Shown here in pieces: positions 18,760 to 20,000 of a stretch of 20,000 nt of DNA (positions are counted from its first letter, which is position 1; every line of letters begins with the position of its first letter). The stretch comes from Chiloscyllium plagiosum (Eukaryota). The stretch is from contig NC_057719.1 in assembly GCF_004010195.1 (NCBI RefSeq), forward strand, positions 63,000,406-63,020,405, given 5' to 3'. Under the pieces are notes generated by a model that worked only from the letters and a program-made list of their open reading frames with translations, was not told the origin of the DNA and did not search any database. The position numbers were made by a program, and so were the translations under genes.

Positions 18760-18955
18760 TTTTATTGTTTAACTGGCAAAGATGCACTCAATTTTCCCAC
18801 CGTGCTAAAATGAATGTGAAAATTAGAGGTTTTTCAGAGAGACCAAAACTCAGGACCATGAATAGTAACTGAACTTCTTCAATCATTAGTGGTTAAAATA
18901 TGCAACACTCTCGACCACAAGGAGTGATTGAAATTCATAGTGTAGATGCATATAA
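18760..18955 (+). repeat. Diverged duplicate of 17204-17470 (flank plus CR1 fragment)
   Basis: Shared ordered blocks: TTTTTATTGTTTAACTG, AAGATGCA, GTGCTAAAA, TGTGAAAATTA, ACCAAAACTCAGGACCAT, TGCAAC, ACCACAAG, AGTGTAGAT. Confidence 0.75.
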
Positions 18956-19106
18956 TGGTGTATCTCAGGTGTCATAAAAAATTATTCTGTTGAGGGGATT
19001 TTGTCATTTAGTTATTTGTATCAATGGCTGAAGGTGTTTGAACATGCAAGAGAATACGGTTTGTTCATGTCAGTCACTAACTGGAACCTAATAACATTGA
19101 AGTAGT

Positions 19107-20000
19107 AGAGTCATAGAGATGTACATCATGGAAACAGACCCTTTGGCCTAACCTGTCCATACCCACCAGATATCCCAACCCAATCTAGTCCCACCTGCCA
19201 GCGCCCGGCCCATACCCCTCCAAACCCTTCCTATTCATATACGAATCCAAATGCCTCTTAAATGTTGCAATTGTACCAGTCTCCACCATATCCTCTGGCA
19301 GCTCATTCCATACACATACCACCCTCTGCATAAAAAAGTTGCCCCTTAGGTCTCTTTTATGTCTTTCCCCTCTCACCCTAAACCTATGCCCTCTAGTTCT
19401 GGCCTCACCGACCCCAGGAAAAGACTTTGTCTATTTATCCTATTGATGCCCCTCATAATTTTGTAAACCTCTATAAGGTCACCCCTCAGCCTCCGACGCT
19501 CCAGTGAAAACAGCCCCGCCCTGTTTATCCTCTCCCTGTAGCTCAGATCCTCCAACCCTGGCAACATCCTTGTAAATCTTTTCTGAACCCTTTCAAATTT
19601 CACAATATCTTTCCGATAGGAAGGAGACCAGAATTGCATGCAATATTCCAACAGTGGCCTAACCAATGTCATATTCAGCCGCAACATGACCTCCCAACTC
19701 CTGTACTCAATACTCTGACCAATAAAGGAAATTTGCATGCAAATTCCAACAGTGGCCTAACCAATGTCATATTCAGCCGCAACATGACCTCCCAACTCCT
19801 GTACTCAATACTCTGACCAATAAAGGAAAGCATACCAAACACCTTCTTCACTATCCTATCTACCTGTGACGCCACTTTCAAGGAGTTATGAACCTGCACT
19901 CCAGGGTCTCTTTGTTCAGCAACACTCCCTAGGACCTTACTTTTAAGTGTATAAGTCCTGCTAAGATTTGCTTTCCCAAAATACAGCACCTCGCATTTAT
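19107..20000 (-). mobile_element. Relatively young CR1 LINE 3' part, running off the window end
   Basis: Minus ORFs include TLVRPLLEYCMQFWSPSYRKDIVKFERVQKRFTRMLPGL, RRLRGDLIEVYKIMRG and QRVVCVWNELP. The tail reads AGAGTCATAGAGATGTACA. Same family as 810-1008. Confidence 0.95.
19634..19829. repeat. Tandem duplication of ~98 bp inside the CR1
   Basis: TTGCATGCAA(T)ATTCC...TAAAGGAAA occurs at 19634-19731 and 19733-19829. The copies are identical except for a 1-bp indel. Confidence 0.95.

Noticed and set aside
11643..19829. Direct repeats as a CRISPR-like array
   Set aside because: These are two-copy tandem duplications without spacers, in a eukaryotic retroelement context with no cas genes.

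Overview
Eukaryotic, repeat-dense non-coding window with no recognisable host gene. It is most likely intronic or intergenic DNA from a cartilaginous fish (shark), inferred from an HE1-type V-SINE and the CR1 families present. It contains: a near full-length dead L1-clade LINE (2904-~7655) with a YY1 motif at its 5' end; several CR1 LINE fragments of different ages; three Penelope-like element (PLE) fragments, all on the minus strand; an L2 3' end; a CR1/L2-group LINE interrupted by a SINE and a small hAT-like MITE; an RTE 3' end; a collapsed Gypsy gag/integrase remnant; and several local duplications. The most notable hidden structure is a minimal type I hammerhead ribozyme in each PLE. The copy at 1909-1944 has an intact core. 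Two of the three PLEs sit where their host retroelement has lost sequence, suggesting insertion coupled to deletion. Family names come from motif recognition by eye, not from database searches. I see no convincing wholly new biological system, only unusual configurations of known ones.
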